From the NCBI GenBank assembly GCA_016212185.1, contig JACRGX010000061.1, positions 4,333 to 68,332 of the forward strand: a stretch of 64,000 nt of DNA, read 5' to 3'. Shown piece by piece: positions 35,576 through 47,304 of the stretch. A program made the position numbers and the translations under genes. This DNA is from Nitrospirota bacterium (lineage in GTDB: Bacteria > Nitrospirota > Thermodesulfovibrionia > UBA6902 > DSMQ01). Below the pieces are notes generated by a model, which saw only the letters and a list, made by a program, of their open reading frames with translations, was not told the origin of the DNA and searched no databases. Numbering within the stretch: the first letter of the stretch is position 1; the number at the start of each line of letters is the position of its first letter.

Positions 35576-37240
35576 ATGCTGACTGAAAATAAAAATAATT
35601 ATGATATTCGCATGGGGTTAATAGCATCAATTTCCTATACAATAATCGGATTATTAATCTATTCTGATGTAATTCTAAACGGGGTATTTGTATTTGATGA
35701 TTTTGATTATATTGTGTCTAATCCCCTTATCTGCGATATTTCTTCGTATGTCACAACTTTTGGTGACTTACGGTATGTTGTAGATTTATCGTTTGCATTT
35801 AATTATGCTGTCGGCGGTTATAACCCGTTTGGTTATCACCTCTTTAATGTTATTGTTCATATCTTAAACTCAATATTGGTTTTTTTTCTGATAGGACTGA
35901 TAATTGAAACTGCCGGCGGCAAAAGCAGTCAGAGGACATGGCAGGCAACGGCATTTTTGACCGGATTTCTTTTTCTTGTGCATCCGGTACAAACGCAGGC
36001 TATTTCTTTTGTGACGCAAAGGTTCACTTCTCTTGCAGTATTCTTTTACCTTCTGAGTATTCTTCTGTACATCAAGAGCCGTGTAATGTTTGAAATGAAT
36101 AGGATAGGGTTTGTTAAGTATGTAATTTGTATTCTATCAATTATAAGCACAGCGCTGGCTGTAAAGTCAAAGGAGACAGCAATTACTATTCCTTTTATTA
36201 TGGCAGTTTTTGAACTGCTGTTATTTAAAGATTCAGTATATTTTAAAAAGAGATTTTTCTTTTTGATACCCCATGCTCTTTCTCTAATTCTGATTCCAAT
36301 TTCATTGTTCGGACCTGACTGGGGACTGGTTGACAGCAGAGGCGTTACAGAGATGACGCGTCTGGCAAAATTACACGAAGCATCAGACCTATCGTCCTAT
36401 GAATATCTGATCACACAATTCAGGGTAATAATCAATTATATTGGATTACTTTTTCTGCCAATAAAACAAAGGGTGTTATATGATTACACAGCTTCTCATT
36501 CAATCTTTGAGATAAAAGTAATACTCTCCCTCTGTTTGCTTCTTTTAATTAGTTGGAGTGCGATATACTTGTGGAAAAAGGCGAAGGCTGCAGACCCGCA
36601 GTATGCGCCTGCATATCGGCTTTTTTCCATTGGAATTGTGTGGTTTTTTCTTACACTTTCCGTAGAGTCTTCAATAATTTCAATAAGGGATTTGATTTTT
36701 GAGCACAGGGTATATCTGCCGAGCGTTGGTTTTTTTGCATCAGTTTCTGCCTTAATCTCCTGGTTGATAGGAAGAAAAACGGGCAATTCCAATAGATTTA
36801 CGCTTGTGTTTTTTATTGTTCTTTTAGCCCTCGGCTTGCCGTTTTCTTTTACCGCATACCAGAGAAATAAGGTGTGGACTGATGAAGTGCGTTTCTGGAC
36901 TGATGTCGTAGAAAAAGAACCGCGATTGTATGTTTTTTATTATGACCGGGGTTTGGCATATTTAAGGAAAAATGAATACATGCCGGCGTTGCAGGATGTA
37001 TATAAAGTATTAAAACGTTATTCAGATGTAATAAATGAAAAGGTTCCGATGAGAGATACGGACTTTTCTTTAAAGAATCTGGCAAGAGCCTATGTGACAA
37101 AGGGGCAGATATTTTCCCGTCTCGGGGAAAACGATGAGGCAAATGTGGCATTTGAGCATTCATTAAAAATAATGTCAGGTTCTCTGGATATGAAGGATTT
37201 AATCAGGCCGGAAGACGCTATGGTATTATCATTGCCATAA
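35576..37240 (+). CDS. polytopic membrane protein with C-terminal TPR region, TMTC/PMT-like (DUF1736-type)
   Basis: 554 aa. There are about 11 TM helices. The N-terminal motif GVFVFDDFDYIVSNP resembles TMTC-family proteins. The C-terminus is TPR-like. Confidence 0.45.
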   Translation: MLTENKNNYDIRMGLIASISYTIIGLLIYSDVILNGVFVFDDFDYIVSNPLICDISSYVTTFGDLRYVVDLSFAFNYAVGGYNPFGYHLFNVIVHILNSILVFFLIGLIIETAGGKSSQRTWQATAFLTGFLFLVHPVQTQAISFVTQRFTSLAVFFYLLSILLYIKSRVMFEMNRIGFVKYVICILSIISTALAVKSKETAITIPFIMAVFELLLFKDSVYFKKRFFFLIPHALSLILIPISLFGPDWGLVDSRGVTEMTRLAKLHEASDLSSYEYLITQFRVIINYIGLLFLPIKQRVLYDYTASHSIFEIKVILSLCLLLLISWSAIYLWKKAKAADPQYAPAYRLFSIGIVWFFLTLSVESSIISIRDLIFEHRVYLPSVGFFASVSALISWLIGRKTGNSNRFTLVFFIVLLALGLPFSFTAYQRNKVWTDEVRFWTDVVEKEPRLYVFYYDRGLAYLRKNEYMPALQDVYKVLKRYSDVINEKVPMRDTDFSLKNLARAYVTKGQIFSRLGENDEANVAFEHSLKIMSGSLDMKDLIRPEDAMVLSLP

Positions 37241-37498
37241 TCTCATTTTGGATTGAGGCTATTACTTGTGGAAATCCGTGCCCCAGCCTGCAAAATATGC
37301 CCTTCCGGGCAAAGGTGTAAAACTTGAAAATAGCATTTACGGCAAGGGGCGGATTTATGAAAATCCTGAAGTCTTCGCGGACCTATAAACTTTCTAAATA
37401 TTTTTATAAAAATAGCCTTGTTGACAAACCTTTTCTACTATGTTACTTTTTCTACGTTTTTCCTCATTTATAATCTCTTGAAATTTTAAGGAGACGGG

Positions 37499-37918
37499 AT
37501 GTTAGAAATTAACAAGTGGTTTTTTGTCCAGCTGATTAATTTTCTGCTTCTTATCGTGCTTTTAAATCAAATTCTCTTCAAACCCCTTCTGCGCATGTTC
37601 AAGGAACGGCAGGACCGGATGAAAAACGCCCTTGACAGCGCAAAGACAATGGGGCTGGAAAAAGATGATTTAATAAACAAGATAAACGCAAGGCTCCTTG
37701 AAGTGAGACATCAGGCAAGGACCATTCACGAGGAATATAAGACTGATGGTTTAAATGTACAGAAGGGGTTTGTTGACACAGCCGGAAAAGAGGCATCTGA
37801 GATGACTGCAAGGGCATTGAAGGAACTTGGCGCCGAGGTTGAAAATTCAAGAAAGGCGCTGAAGTCAGAGGTAAATAAATTTGCCGATGAGATTACAAGA
37901 AAGCTGATAACGGTATGA
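37499..37918 (+). CDS. atpF2: F0F1 ATP synthase subunit b' (AtpF2)
   Basis: 139 aa. A single N-terminal TM helix precedes a long charged helix. It is the first of two b-type genes heading the atp cluster. Confidence 0.7.
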   Translation: MLEINKWFFVQLINFLLLIVLLNQILFKPLLRMFKERQDRMKNALDSAKTMGLEKDDLINKINARLLEVRHQARTIHEEYKTDGLNVQKGFVDTAGKEASEMTARALKELGAEVENSRKALKSEVNKFADEITRKLITV

Positions 37919-38526
37919 AGAGAAAAGTTAAAAGGTATAAGTTAATAATTAATAGTTTTTTACTGTTCACTGTTCACTGTTCACTGTTCACTGTTTCTTC
38001 GGTGTTTGCCTCTGAAGGGGCTGAGCATGCAGCTTCTTTTAAAGACATGCTCTGGCCTGTTCTAAATTTTGCGATTCTTGTTGCCATCCTTGTTAAATTT
38101 GGGCGTAAGCCTATCAGTGAATTCCTCAAAAAGCGCACTGAGCTTATTGAGAAATCCCTGAAAGAGGCTGAGGAGGCGAAGGAACTTGCAAAAAAGGCTT
38201 TTTCCGAAGTGCAGGCGAGGCTTTTAGGCATGGACAAAGAAATAAATAATATACTTGAGTCGGCAAAAAAGGCAGGGGAAAGGGAGAAAGAGGCGCTTAT
38301 TGCGCAGGGGGAAAGCCTGAAGAACAAGATAATTGAACAGGCAAAGGCAAACATAGAATATGAACTTCAAAAGGCAAAAAAGGCGATAAAATCAGAGGCG
38401 GCTCTTATGGCGCTTGAACTTGCCGAAAAACAGATAAAAGAAAAACTTGATGCAAAGGGGCATGAAAGGCTTACAGAGGAATATATCCGGAAAATTGCCC
38501 ATACTGCCGGAGAGGTTAAGAATTGA
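37915..38526 (+). CDS. atpF: F0F1 ATP synthase subunit b
   Basis: 203 aa. A TM helix precedes a long coiled-coil helix. The N-terminal LLFTVHCSLFTVSSVFA is encoded by a (TTCACTG)n tract at 37963..37996. Confidence 0.75.
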   Translation: MKRKVKRYKLIINSFLLFTVHCSLFTVSSVFASEGAEHAASFKDMLWPVLNFAILVAILVKFGRKPISEFLKKRTELIEKSLKEAEEAKELAKKAFSEVQARLLGMDKEINNILESAKKAGEREKEALIAQGESLKNKIIEQAKANIEYELQKAKKAIKSEAALMALELAEKQIKEKLDAKGHERLTEEYIRKIAHTAGEVKN

Positions 38527-39059
38527 ATAAATATCAGATTGCAAAAAAATACAGCAGGGCGCTGATTAATTCGGTTGATACCGCAAAGGTCGGCAAGGTA
38601 ATTGAGGAAATTGAGGCTTTTGCATCTGTCATTAATGCAGACAAAAAACTTAAGCTGGTGTTTGCGAGCCGGTTGTTTACCGAAGAAGAAAGGGGCAAGG
38701 CTTTGAGTATAGTGCTGCCCCGTCTCAATGTGTCAGAAGATACCAGAAAGTTCCTCTCTTTTGTTGTGGCGGAGGGGCATCTGGGTGTGATTAAGGAAAT
38801 CATCAAATTAGCGGTTCAGATACATAATGAAAGACTGAAAAAGGCGAGGGCCTTGGTAATATCACCCGCCCCTCTGAGCAGTAATTACATCGAACGGCTG
38901 AGAACGGCTTTAAAATCCATGACGCAAAGGGACATTGAAATAGAAAACCAGACGGATGAATCCCTAATCGGCGGCTTCATTGTTAAAGTGGGAAGCACTG
39001 TTTATGACAGCAGCCTCAAGGGACAGCTCAGAGTTTTAAGGACAACACTTATGAACTGA
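38523..39059 (+). CDS. atpH: F0F1 ATP synthase subunit delta (OSCP)
   Basis: 178 aa. The delta-subunit pattern is IAKKYSRALINSV...LIGGFIVKVGSTVYDSSLKGQL. Confidence 0.85.
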   Translation: MNKYQIAKKYSRALINSVDTAKVGKVIEEIEAFASVINADKKLKLVFASRLFTEEERGKALSIVLPRLNVSEDTRKFLSFVVAEGHLGVIKEIIKLAVQIHNERLKKARALVISPAPLSSNYIERLRTALKSMTQRDIEIENQTDESLIGGFIVKVGSTVYDSSLKGQLRVLRTTLMN

Positions 39060-39154
39060 AAACAGTTAAGAGTTTAGAGTTAAGAGTTATCCCGAAGCGT
39101 CGGGATAACTTTTAATTTTCAATTTTTAACTTTAATTTTATCGGGGGTGATTTA

Positions 39155-40672
39155 ATGGAAATTACAGATATTAAGGCTCAGGAGATCAGTGAGCTGATAA
39201 AAAAACAGATAACTGATTTTGAAAAGCGTGTTGATGTGAGTGAAGTCGGCACGGTTGTTAAGGTCGGAGACGGGATTGCAAAAGTCTACGGGCTTGACAA
39301 GGCAATGGCGTCTGAACTCCTTGAATTTCCAAATGGGGTTTTTGGCATGGCGCTTAACCTTGAGGAGGATTCTGTCGGCATAGTTCTTTTTGGCGAGGAC
39401 ACTCTTATTAAAGAAGGCGATATAGTCAAGCGTACGGGCAGGATTATGGAGGTGCCTGTTGGAGACGCCTTATTAGGCAGGGTGGTTAATGCAATAGGAC
39501 AGCCGGTTGACGGAAAGGGTCCGGTAAATACAAAAGACAAAAGAATGGTTGATGTTGTTGCGCCCGGCATAATTGACAGACAGCCTGTCAGAGAGCCGCT
39601 TCAGACAGGGCTTAAGGCAATAGATGCAATGATTCCCATAGGAAGAGGGCAGAGGGAACTCATCATCGGCGACCGCCAGACGGGAAAAACAGCAATAGCT
39701 ATTGACGCAATAATAAATCAGAAGGGCACAGGCGTTGTGTGCATATATGTTGCAATAGGACAGAAGCGGTCCAATGTCGTCCGTGTTGTTAAAAAACTTG
39801 AGGAAGAGGGAGCTATGGAGCATACGATTGTAGTCACCTCTGCTGCAAGCGAGCCGGCCCCGCTTCAGTACATTGCCCCTTACACAGGATGCGCAATCGG
39901 CGAATATTTCAGAGACAACGGCAGACATGCTTTGATAATTTATGATGATCTGAGTAAACAGGCAACCGCATACAGACAGCTTTCGCTTCTGCTCAGAAGG
40001 CCGCCGGGACGTGAGGCCTTTCCGGGCGATGTCTTTTATCTGCATTCAAGGCTTCTTGAAAGGGCGGCAAAGCTCTCGGATAAATTAGGCGGAGGTTCGC
40101 TGACAGCCCTTCCTATTATTGAAACGCAGGCAGGCGACGTGTCAGGCTATATTCCAACCAACGTTATTTCCATAACAGACGGACAGATATATCTTGAGCC
40201 CGAGCTTTTTTATGCGGGCATAAGGCCTGCGGTTAACGTAGGGCTTTCCGTGAGCCGTGTCGGAGGCGCCGCACAGACAAAGGCGATGAAGCAGGTTGCC
40301 GGAACACTCAGACTGGACCTTGCGCAGTTCAGGGAGCTTGCGGCTTTTGCCCAGTTCGGCTCAGACCTTGATAAGTCAACCCTTGCACAGATAGAGCGCG
40401 GCAAGAGAATGGTGGAACTTCTTAAGCAGGACCAGTTTGTGCCGCTTGCGCTGGAAGACCAGATAATTGGTTTATTTGCAGGCGCTAATGGTTATCTTGA
40501 TGACATTCCGGTTGAATCCATTAAAAAGTTTGAAGATGAACTGCTCAAGTATATGGGCGATGCAAAAGAAGATATCCGTAAGGAGATAAGGGAAAAGAAG
40601 GCGATAGATGAAGCCCTGAAGGATAAACTCGCAAAATCAATAGATGAATTTAAGAAAGGATTCCAGGCATAA
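39155..40672 (+). CDS. atpA: F0F1 ATP synthase subunit alpha
   Basis: 505 aa. P-loop GDRQTGKT. The length and overall sequence are typical of the alpha subunit. Confidence 0.97.
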   Translation: MEITDIKAQEISELIKKQITDFEKRVDVSEVGTVVKVGDGIAKVYGLDKAMASELLEFPNGVFGMALNLEEDSVGIVLFGEDTLIKEGDIVKRTGRIMEVPVGDALLGRVVNAIGQPVDGKGPVNTKDKRMVDVVAPGIIDRQPVREPLQTGLKAIDAMIPIGRGQRELIIGDRQTGKTAIAIDAIINQKGTGVVCIYVAIGQKRSNVVRVVKKLEEEGAMEHTIVVTSAASEPAPLQYIAPYTGCAIGEYFRDNGRHALIIYDDLSKQATAYRQLSLLLRRPPGREAFPGDVFYLHSRLLERAAKLSDKLGGGSLTALPIIETQAGDVSGYIPTNVISITDGQIYLEPELFYAGIRPAVNVGLSVSRVGGAAQTKAMKQVAGTLRLDLAQFRELAAFAQFGSDLDKSTLAQIERGKRMVELLKQDQFVPLALEDQIIGLFAGANGYLDDIPVESIKKFEDELLKYMGDAKEDIRKEIREKKAIDEALKDKLAKSIDEFKKGFQA

Positions 40673-40728
40673 CAACAGTGAACAGTGAACAATAAAAAAA
40701 TAAATATAAACAACTTCCGGATTAAGGC

Positions 40729-41595
40729 ATGGCTACTTTAAGAGACATAAAAAGAAGGATAAACGCCGTTAAAAATACAAAGCAGATTACCAAGGCTATG
40801 AAAATGGTGGCTGCTTCAAAGCTCAGAAAAGCCCAGACAAGGATGCTTGAGATGAGGGCTTATGCGGACAAGATGAATTCCGTGATTGCCGGTTTGTCGG
40901 GAGAAAGCGAAGGCCTGCACCCATTGCTTACCGTAAGGTCGAAAAAGACCGTTGAGGTAATTGTCATGACGAGCGACAGGGGGTTATGCGGTGCGTTTAA
41001 TTCAAATATCTTAAAGACAGCGGCAAAGTTTATCGCAGAACTGAAACAAAAAGGATTTAACGTAAGCCTCAATGCGGTAGGTAAAAAGGCTTTTGATTAT
41101 TTTAAAAGACGCAATGTTCCTATGCGCAAGACATGGACTGGATTGTCGGGAAAAGGGATTTATTCTGACGTGCAGAAGGTGGCTGTTGATGTTATTGATA
41201 ACTATATTAATGAAACAATTGACGAAGTCTTTCTCATTTACAATGAATTTAAAACAGTTATGGCTCAAAAGGTCACAACGGCAAAGCTTCTGCCTGTTGC
41301 TCCTATAGAACTATCAAGAGAAAAGGCTGAAATGCCGGCATCTTTCATATACGAACCCTCGCGTGAGAATATCTTAAACCAGCTTCTTCCCAAGAACATA
41401 GAGGTGCAGGTTTACAGGTCCATCCTTGAATCACAGGCATCTGAAGAAGCTGCAAGGATGACGGCAATGGAAAATGCAACACAGAATGCGGATGAAATGA
41501 TAGGCAAGCTCACGCTGCAGTACAACAAGGCAAGACAGGCAAATATCACAAAGGAACTTATGGATATAGTAGGCGGCGTGGAGGCGTTGAAATAA
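40729..41595 (+). CDS. atpG: F0F1 ATP synthase subunit gamma
   Basis: 288 aa. The N-terminus MATLRDIKRRINAVKNTKQITKAMKMVAASKLRKAQ and the C-terminus ITKELMDIVGGVEALK are typical. Confidence 0.95.
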   Translation: MATLRDIKRRINAVKNTKQITKAMKMVAASKLRKAQTRMLEMRAYADKMNSVIAGLSGESEGLHPLLTVRSKKTVEVIVMTSDRGLCGAFNSNILKTAAKFIAELKQKGFNVSLNAVGKKAFDYFKRRNVPMRKTWTGLSGKGIYSDVQKVAVDVIDNYINETIDEVFLIYNEFKTVMAQKVTTAKLLPVAPIELSREKAEMPASFIYEPSRENILNQLLPKNIEVQVYRSILESQASEEAARMTAMENATQNADEMIGKLTLQYNKARQANITKELMDIVGGVEALK

Positions 41596-41604
41596 TAAAA
41601 AACA

Positions 41605-41665
41605 GGGAATAGGGATTTGGGGTTTGGGATTGGTTTTATAATAATCCCTAATCCCCAATTACCAA
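41605..41665. repeat. inverted array of GGGATT/AATCCC (STRR1-like CCCCAAT) units forming a hairpin between atpG and atpD
   Basis: gggaatagggatttggggtttgggattgg-ttttataataa-tccctaatccccaattaccaacccc. Confidence 0.6.
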
Positions 41666-41689
41666 CCCCTGACATAATGGAGGGTATAA

Positions 41690-43114
<1,425 letters not shown>

Positions 43115-43163
43115 CAACAACAGTTAACTATTGACAGGTAACAGTAGACAGTGAAGAAAGACA

Positions 43164-43568
43164 ATGGAAAACAAACTGAAGCTTGAAATTGTTACACCTT
43201 ACGGCATGATTTTTAATGATTATGTTGAAGAGATTAATGCATCAGGAAGCGAAGGCGAATTCGGAGTTCTGCCCGGACATACGCCTTTTCTTGCAACCCT
43301 AAAAATCGGAATGCTGACTTACAAAAGAGGCAGTGAAACCGGACATTTTTTTGTCAATTGGGGATATGCCGAGGTGGGGCCTGACAAGGTAATAATCCTT
43401 GCGGACAGCGCTGAAAAATCTGAGGAAATAGAAGTTGAGAGGGCATTGTCGGCTAAAAAACGCGCTGAGGACAGACTTAAACAGGCAGAAAATGTGGACC
43501 ATACAAGGGCTCTGGCATCGCTTGAAAGGGCCACGACAAGAATACAGATTTCCGAAAAAAGAAAGTGA
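43164..43568 (+). CDS. atpC: F0F1 ATP synthase subunit epsilon
   Basis: 134 aa. An N-terminal beta-sandwich is followed by a C-terminal helical hairpin. Confidence 0.9.
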   Translation: MENKLKLEIVTPYGMIFNDYVEEINASGSEGEFGVLPGHTPFLATLKIGMLTYKRGSETGHFFVNWGYAEVGPDKVIILADSAEKSEEIEVERALSAKKRAEDRLKQAENVDHTRALASLERATTRIQISEKRK

Positions 43569-43642
43569 GAAATGGGGAATAAAAAATAAAGTTTTTTATT
43601 CCCCATTTCTTAACTTCTCTTTCTAAGTTTTCCTTATTATCT

Positions 43643-44338
43643 ATGATTAAACTCTTGATTTTTGACCTTGACGGCACGCTCGTAGACACATCACAGGATA
43701 TTACAGACGCGGTTAACTATGCCTTGAAGCCTTTTAGTCAGAGAGCATATTCTGTTGAGGAGACTAAAGCTATGGTTGGCTCAGGCATATCAAAACTGAT
43801 TGAATCCCTTGTACTTGCTGGAGATTTAATCCATCCTAACCCCCCTTTAGAAAAGGGGGGGCGGGGGGATTTTTCTGCTGTCAAAATAGCGCTCAACAGG
43901 TTTCTTGAATATTACACTGCGCATCTTTTGGATAATACAAAGCCGTATCCGGGTGTAAATGAAACGCTTTTAAAACTTGGAGATTATAAAAAGGCAGTTA
44001 TCTCCAACAAGCGCGAGGCGCTGTCCAAAGGCGTTCTTGAAGGACTTGGTCTTTCAAAATTTTTTGAGGTTGTGCTTGGCAGCGACAGCGTTGCTGAAAA
44101 CAAGCCTTCACCAGTGCCGGTGCTGGAGGTTTTAAAAAGATTGAGCGTGCCGAAGCAAGAGGCGGTTATGATAGGAGACAGCAATTACGATGTTGAATCA
44201 GCGCATTCCGCCGGGATAAAAATTATCGCTGTCACGTACGGATTCCGCAAAAGGGATATGCTGAAAGATGCGGATTTTATGATAGATAGTTTTGGGGAAG
44301 TGACAGGCGTGCTGGCTGAAATTAATAAATTCAGATAA
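43643..44338 (+). CDS. HAD-superfamily hydrolase (phosphoglycolate phosphatase-like)
   Basis: Motif I is LIFDLDGTLVDT. Motif IV is MIGDSNYDVESAHSAG. The gene carries an in-frame palindromic insertion CCCCCCTTTagaAAAGGGGGG at ~43848-43880, translated as NPPLEKGGRGD. Confidence 0.75.
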   Translation: MIKLLIFDLDGTLVDTSQDITDAVNYALKPFSQRAYSVEETKAMVGSGISKLIESLVLAGDLIHPNPPLEKGGRGDFSAVKIALNRFLEYYTAHLLDNTKPYPGVNETLLKLGDYKKAVISNKREALSKGVLEGLGLSKFFEVVLGSDSVAENKPSPVPVLEVLKRLSVPKQEAVMIGDSNYDVESAHSAGIKIIAVTYGFRKRDMLKDADFMIDSFGEVTGVLAEINKFR

Positions 44339-44372
44339 AGGCACATATGTCTTTATTATCTATACGGATAGA

Positions 44373-45101
44373 ATGAAACCCAAACCCGACGAGACATACG
44401 ACAGCATTAAATATATAAAACTTTTCCAGGCAAAAACCGGCTACAGGTTCAGCGTTGATGCGCTTTTGCTTGAGGATTTTATTTACTGTAAAAGCCGTTG
44501 CAGAGGCATAGAGCTTGGCGCAGGCTCAGGGATTATATCAATGCTCCTTGCAAAAAGGAATAAGAATATAAAATTAACCGCAGTAGAATTGCAGGAGCCC
44601 CTTGCCGGGTGTGCGGAGAAAAATGTTAAACTGAACAGGCTAAGCAACAGGATTGAGGTCATGAATGAAGACATAAGAAATCTTAAAAAAATATTCCCTT
44701 CCGGAAAATTTGATTTTGCATTCTCCAATCCGCCCTTTAGAAAAACCAGATCAGGACGTTTAAGCACGGACGAAGAACGCGCAGTTGCAAGGCATGAGAT
44801 AAAAATAACCCTGCCTGAATTAATTGACACTGCCGCTTATCTTATAAAAAATGCCGGCAGCTTTTTTATGATTTATCATCCATTCAGGCTTGTGGAAGTA
44901 ATTGTTCTCCTACAAAAGGCGCGCCTTGAGCCTAAGAGACTGAGGTTCGTGCATTCACGGGCGGGCGAAGAGGCAAAGATGGTCTTGATTGAGGCAGTCA
45001 AAGGCTCAGGCGCGTGGCTTAAGATTGCTCCGCCGCTTTATATCTACGAAAAGGGCAGTGAATACACGGCTGAGATGAAAAAAATTTACGGCGAAGGTTG
45101 A
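44373..45101 (+). CDS. class I SAM-dependent methyltransferase, tRNA (adenine-N6)-methyltransferase-like (YfiC/TrmN6 family)
   Basis: SAM-binding ELGAGSGIIS and the N6-MTase motif FSNPPF. Confidence 0.65.
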   Translation: MKPKPDETYDSIKYIKLFQAKTGYRFSVDALLLEDFIYCKSRCRGIELGAGSGIISMLLAKRNKNIKLTAVELQEPLAGCAEKNVKLNRLSNRIEVMNEDIRNLKKIFPSGKFDFAFSNPPFRKTRSGRLSTDEERAVARHEIKITLPELIDTAAYLIKNAGSFFMIYHPFRLVEVIVLLQKARLEPKRLRFVHSRAGEEAKMVLIEAVKGSGAWLKIAPPLYIYEKGSEYTAEMKKIYGEG

Positions 45102-45171
45102 CACTGCTTTAAGATAGCTGTTATTATTTCAAACTCTACACTGTTAACTGTCAACTGTTCACTGTTTTTAA

Positions 45172-45247
<76 letters not shown>

Positions 45248-45314
45248 AATATTTCCTGAAAGATTTTGTGGAGAGCGTCCCGACTTCTCGGGATTAGCTC
45301 TACTTTAATCTTTT

Positions 45315-45680
45315 TTACACCGCTATTTCTAACGCTATCTTGTCATACCTTATGATAGGTGCTGTCTTATTATTTTCTGCTTTCTTTTCAATCAGTCCGA
45401 TACGCTCCAAGTACTTCACGTCATCAACCACATTCTTAACATCCCTTTTTGCCATCCGTGCAAGTTCATTGAGTGAAGAAGGTTTTTTTATCTTGATGAT
45501 GTGCAGGAGTTCAAGCCTTTTAGGGGTCATAACCTTTCTAAACGCTGTAAACGTGGTGAAGTAAACACCTGTTTCCTTCTTTACTTTTTCTCCTCTTGCA
45601 ATAGCCTCGCCGGTCTTTACAAAATCATCAAGTGCTGTTTTTATGTCCTTAATGCCTATCTTGATTTTTTTTACTCTCAT
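45315..45680 (-). CDS. HTH-type putative DNA-binding protein (TumA-like antitoxin partner)
   Basis: 121 aa. A helix-turn-helix is predicted around PSSLNELARMAKRDVKNVVDDVKYLERIGLI. It overlaps the upstream 96-aa gene by 4 nt (ATGA). Confidence 0.45.
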   Translation of the reverse strand: MRVKKIKIGIKDIKTALDDFVKTGEAIARGEKVKKETGVYFTTFTAFRKVMTPKRLELLHIIKIKKPSSLNELARMAKRDVKNVVDDVKYLERIGLIEKKAENNKTAPIIRYDKIALEIAV

Positions 45681-45967
45681 AGTTCACCTCTCTTGTATTT
45701 TTCAACATCATTATAAAAGTCATATGCCAATTTTCTAAGGCTGACAAATTTATAAGCCCCAGTCCTTTCTTTTACATGCCTGTGGTCTCCTTTGCCTTCT
45801 GCATTGTCATAGCCTATCACCCTTACTTCATTTACAACATAAACCAGTGAATATTTATAGCCATGCGGTTTGTCCTCTGTGGGTTCTGGTAATTTCCACA
45901 TCTTAATCTCAATAGTGTTTTCAAGCTCATCTATAATTTTTTCAGACCTTATTAAATCCGCTTTCAT
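45677..45967 (-). CDS. TumE-like (DUF6516-like) putative toxin
   Basis: 96 aa. The motifs GYKYSLVY and YDNAEGKGDHRH match my memory of the TumE family. I could not verify this by search. Confidence 0.45.
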   Translation of the reverse strand: MKADLIRSEKIIDELENTIEIKMWKLPEPTEDKPHGYKYSLVYVVNEVRVIGYDNAEGKGDHRHVKERTGAYKFVSLRKLAYDFYNDVEKYKRGEL

Positions 45968-46152
45968 TAATGGTATATTATACCTATGAGATAATTATGT
46001 CAACCATAACAGTTAATTGTATAGTTTTTGTATGTTTGACAAGGGAAAAGAAGGGATAACACCGGATAAGATGTTATCCCCTAAGTTTGAAATTCTCAAG
46101 CAGTATCAAGCACTATCTGACATCAGATGAAATACAGGCTTGGCTTGGAAAT

Positions 46153-46198
46153 AAATGGCATTCAACAGGTCGTCCCGATCCCTCGGGATCAGTTCCGC
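46153..46198 (+). other. degenerate partial copy of the tRNA-Ala anticodon-to-T-arm region (candidate att repeat)
   Basis: aatggcattcaacaggtcg matches tRNA-Ala aatggcattcaagaggtcg at 18 of 19 positions and is followed by a cgatccc remnant. It lies ~900 bp downstream of the intact tRNA and brackets the TumE/TumA-like pair. Confidence 0.45.
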
Positions 46199-46206
46199 TT
46201 TTTACG

Positions 46207-46497
46207 TTACTTATAAAATTCTTCAGGCAGGTTAAATTCAGGATATTTCTGCATTATTCTAATCATTATAACCTTAGCTAAAATTTCTGAAAATTCTCCT
46301 GATAGTTTTCTGTATTCCCGCAGAACTTCCCTTAGAATTATTTCCGGATCTCCTGAAATAGAGGTGACATTTTCATTAATATCTACAAAGAGATTTTTTA
46401 TATGGCGGATTTTATTTACAGCTAAATCCCCGAACAGCTTCTTTTTGCTTTTAATTATTTCAGTAAGTAATTCTATGTAGATTTCCTCAGTTGTCAT
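46207..46497 (-). CDS. hypothetical protein
   Basis: 96 aa. It overlaps the upstream membrane-protein gene by 4 nt, which suggests translational coupling. Confidence 0.35.
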   Translation of the reverse strand: MTTEEIYIELLTEIIKSKKKLFGDLAVNKIRHIKNLFVDINENVTSISGDPEIILREVLREYRKLSGEFSEILAKVIMIRIMQKYPEFNLPEEFYK

Positions 46498-46787
46498 TTG
46501 AGAGATTTTATCCCTATATTTCCGGCGGCAATGAATGCAATTGCCCCTGCTGTAATAAGTATTCCCATTATAATCATAAGCGAACCTTCACTTATTAATC
46601 CGAATCCTGCGGCAAGCTCAAACCCTGCATGAAGAAAAACTGAAAAGAAAATGCCTGTAACCATCATCTTAATCATACGGCCGATACTTCCGCCGATTAT
46701 TGGGATGACCCTGCTTAACATGACCATTGCAATTAGACTGCTTATCATGGCAATAATACCCGGAATGATCTCAGCATTTGATATCAT
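46494..46787 (-). CDS. hypothetical small membrane protein (3 predicted TM helices)
   Basis: 97 aa, Gly/Ile-rich hydrophobic segments. Confidence 0.4.
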   Translation of the reverse strand: MISNAEIIPGIIAMISSLIAMVMLSRVIPIIGGSIGRMIKMMVTGIFFSVFLHAGFELAAGFGLISEGSLMIIMGILITAGAIAFIAAGNIGIKSLK

Positions 46788-46885
46788 AGCTTCCTCCTTT
46801 TTTCTGGATTTCCCTTCTCACAGACTACCACATATTGTCTCTGCGGTCAATAAAGATGAAGTTTTTTGTGTAAAACAGGGGCGTG

Positions 46886-47212
46886 CTACAGCGTGTTCAA
46901 TAACTCTTTATACTCTTTGGGCGGGTCAATGATTTCCAGCCCCATGCTGTTTGTTAATCCGTGGGGCGGGGTTTTAAAGGACCATTTAACTTTGCAGTGG
47001 AGGTTTACTTTTTGACCTGAAGAAAGCTGAAATTTTAAATCAAATATCGTCCCGGGCTGAAAATCAATCATAGGATTTGTAGGCGCACTTATCATGTATA
47101 TGCCTTCCTCTGAAAGATTTTCTAAATATCCTATATTATTTCCCTGACTTTCAGTGACAATCTCCGCTTTCAGCTTAATAACAATTCGCTTAGCGCGCCT
47201 TCTGTCGTCCAT
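46886..47212 (-). CDS. PilZ domain protein (putative c-di-GMP receptor)
   Basis: 108 aa. RRRAKR (RxxxR) and the DxSxxG-like motif ENLSEEGIYM. Confidence 0.65.
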   Translation of the reverse strand: MDDRRRAKRIVIKLKAEIVTESQGNNIGYLENLSEEGIYMISAPTNPMIDFQPGTIFDLKFQLSSGQKVNLHCKVKWSFKTPPHGLTNSMGLEIIDPPKEYKELLNTL

Positions 47213-47304
47213 ATTAATAATTCTACCACTATTATTAAATTTTTCAAAGGGGAATTTTCTTCAATGAAATTGATTTTAAACAATACCCTGTGTGATAATG
47301 AATA

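Noticed and set aside
46087-46281. 64-aa plus-strand ORF spanning the tRNA-like fragment
   Set aside because: It is the translation of the degenerate tRNA-Ala partial copy plus AT-rich spacer, has no start context, and overlaps the minus-strand gene 46207..46497.
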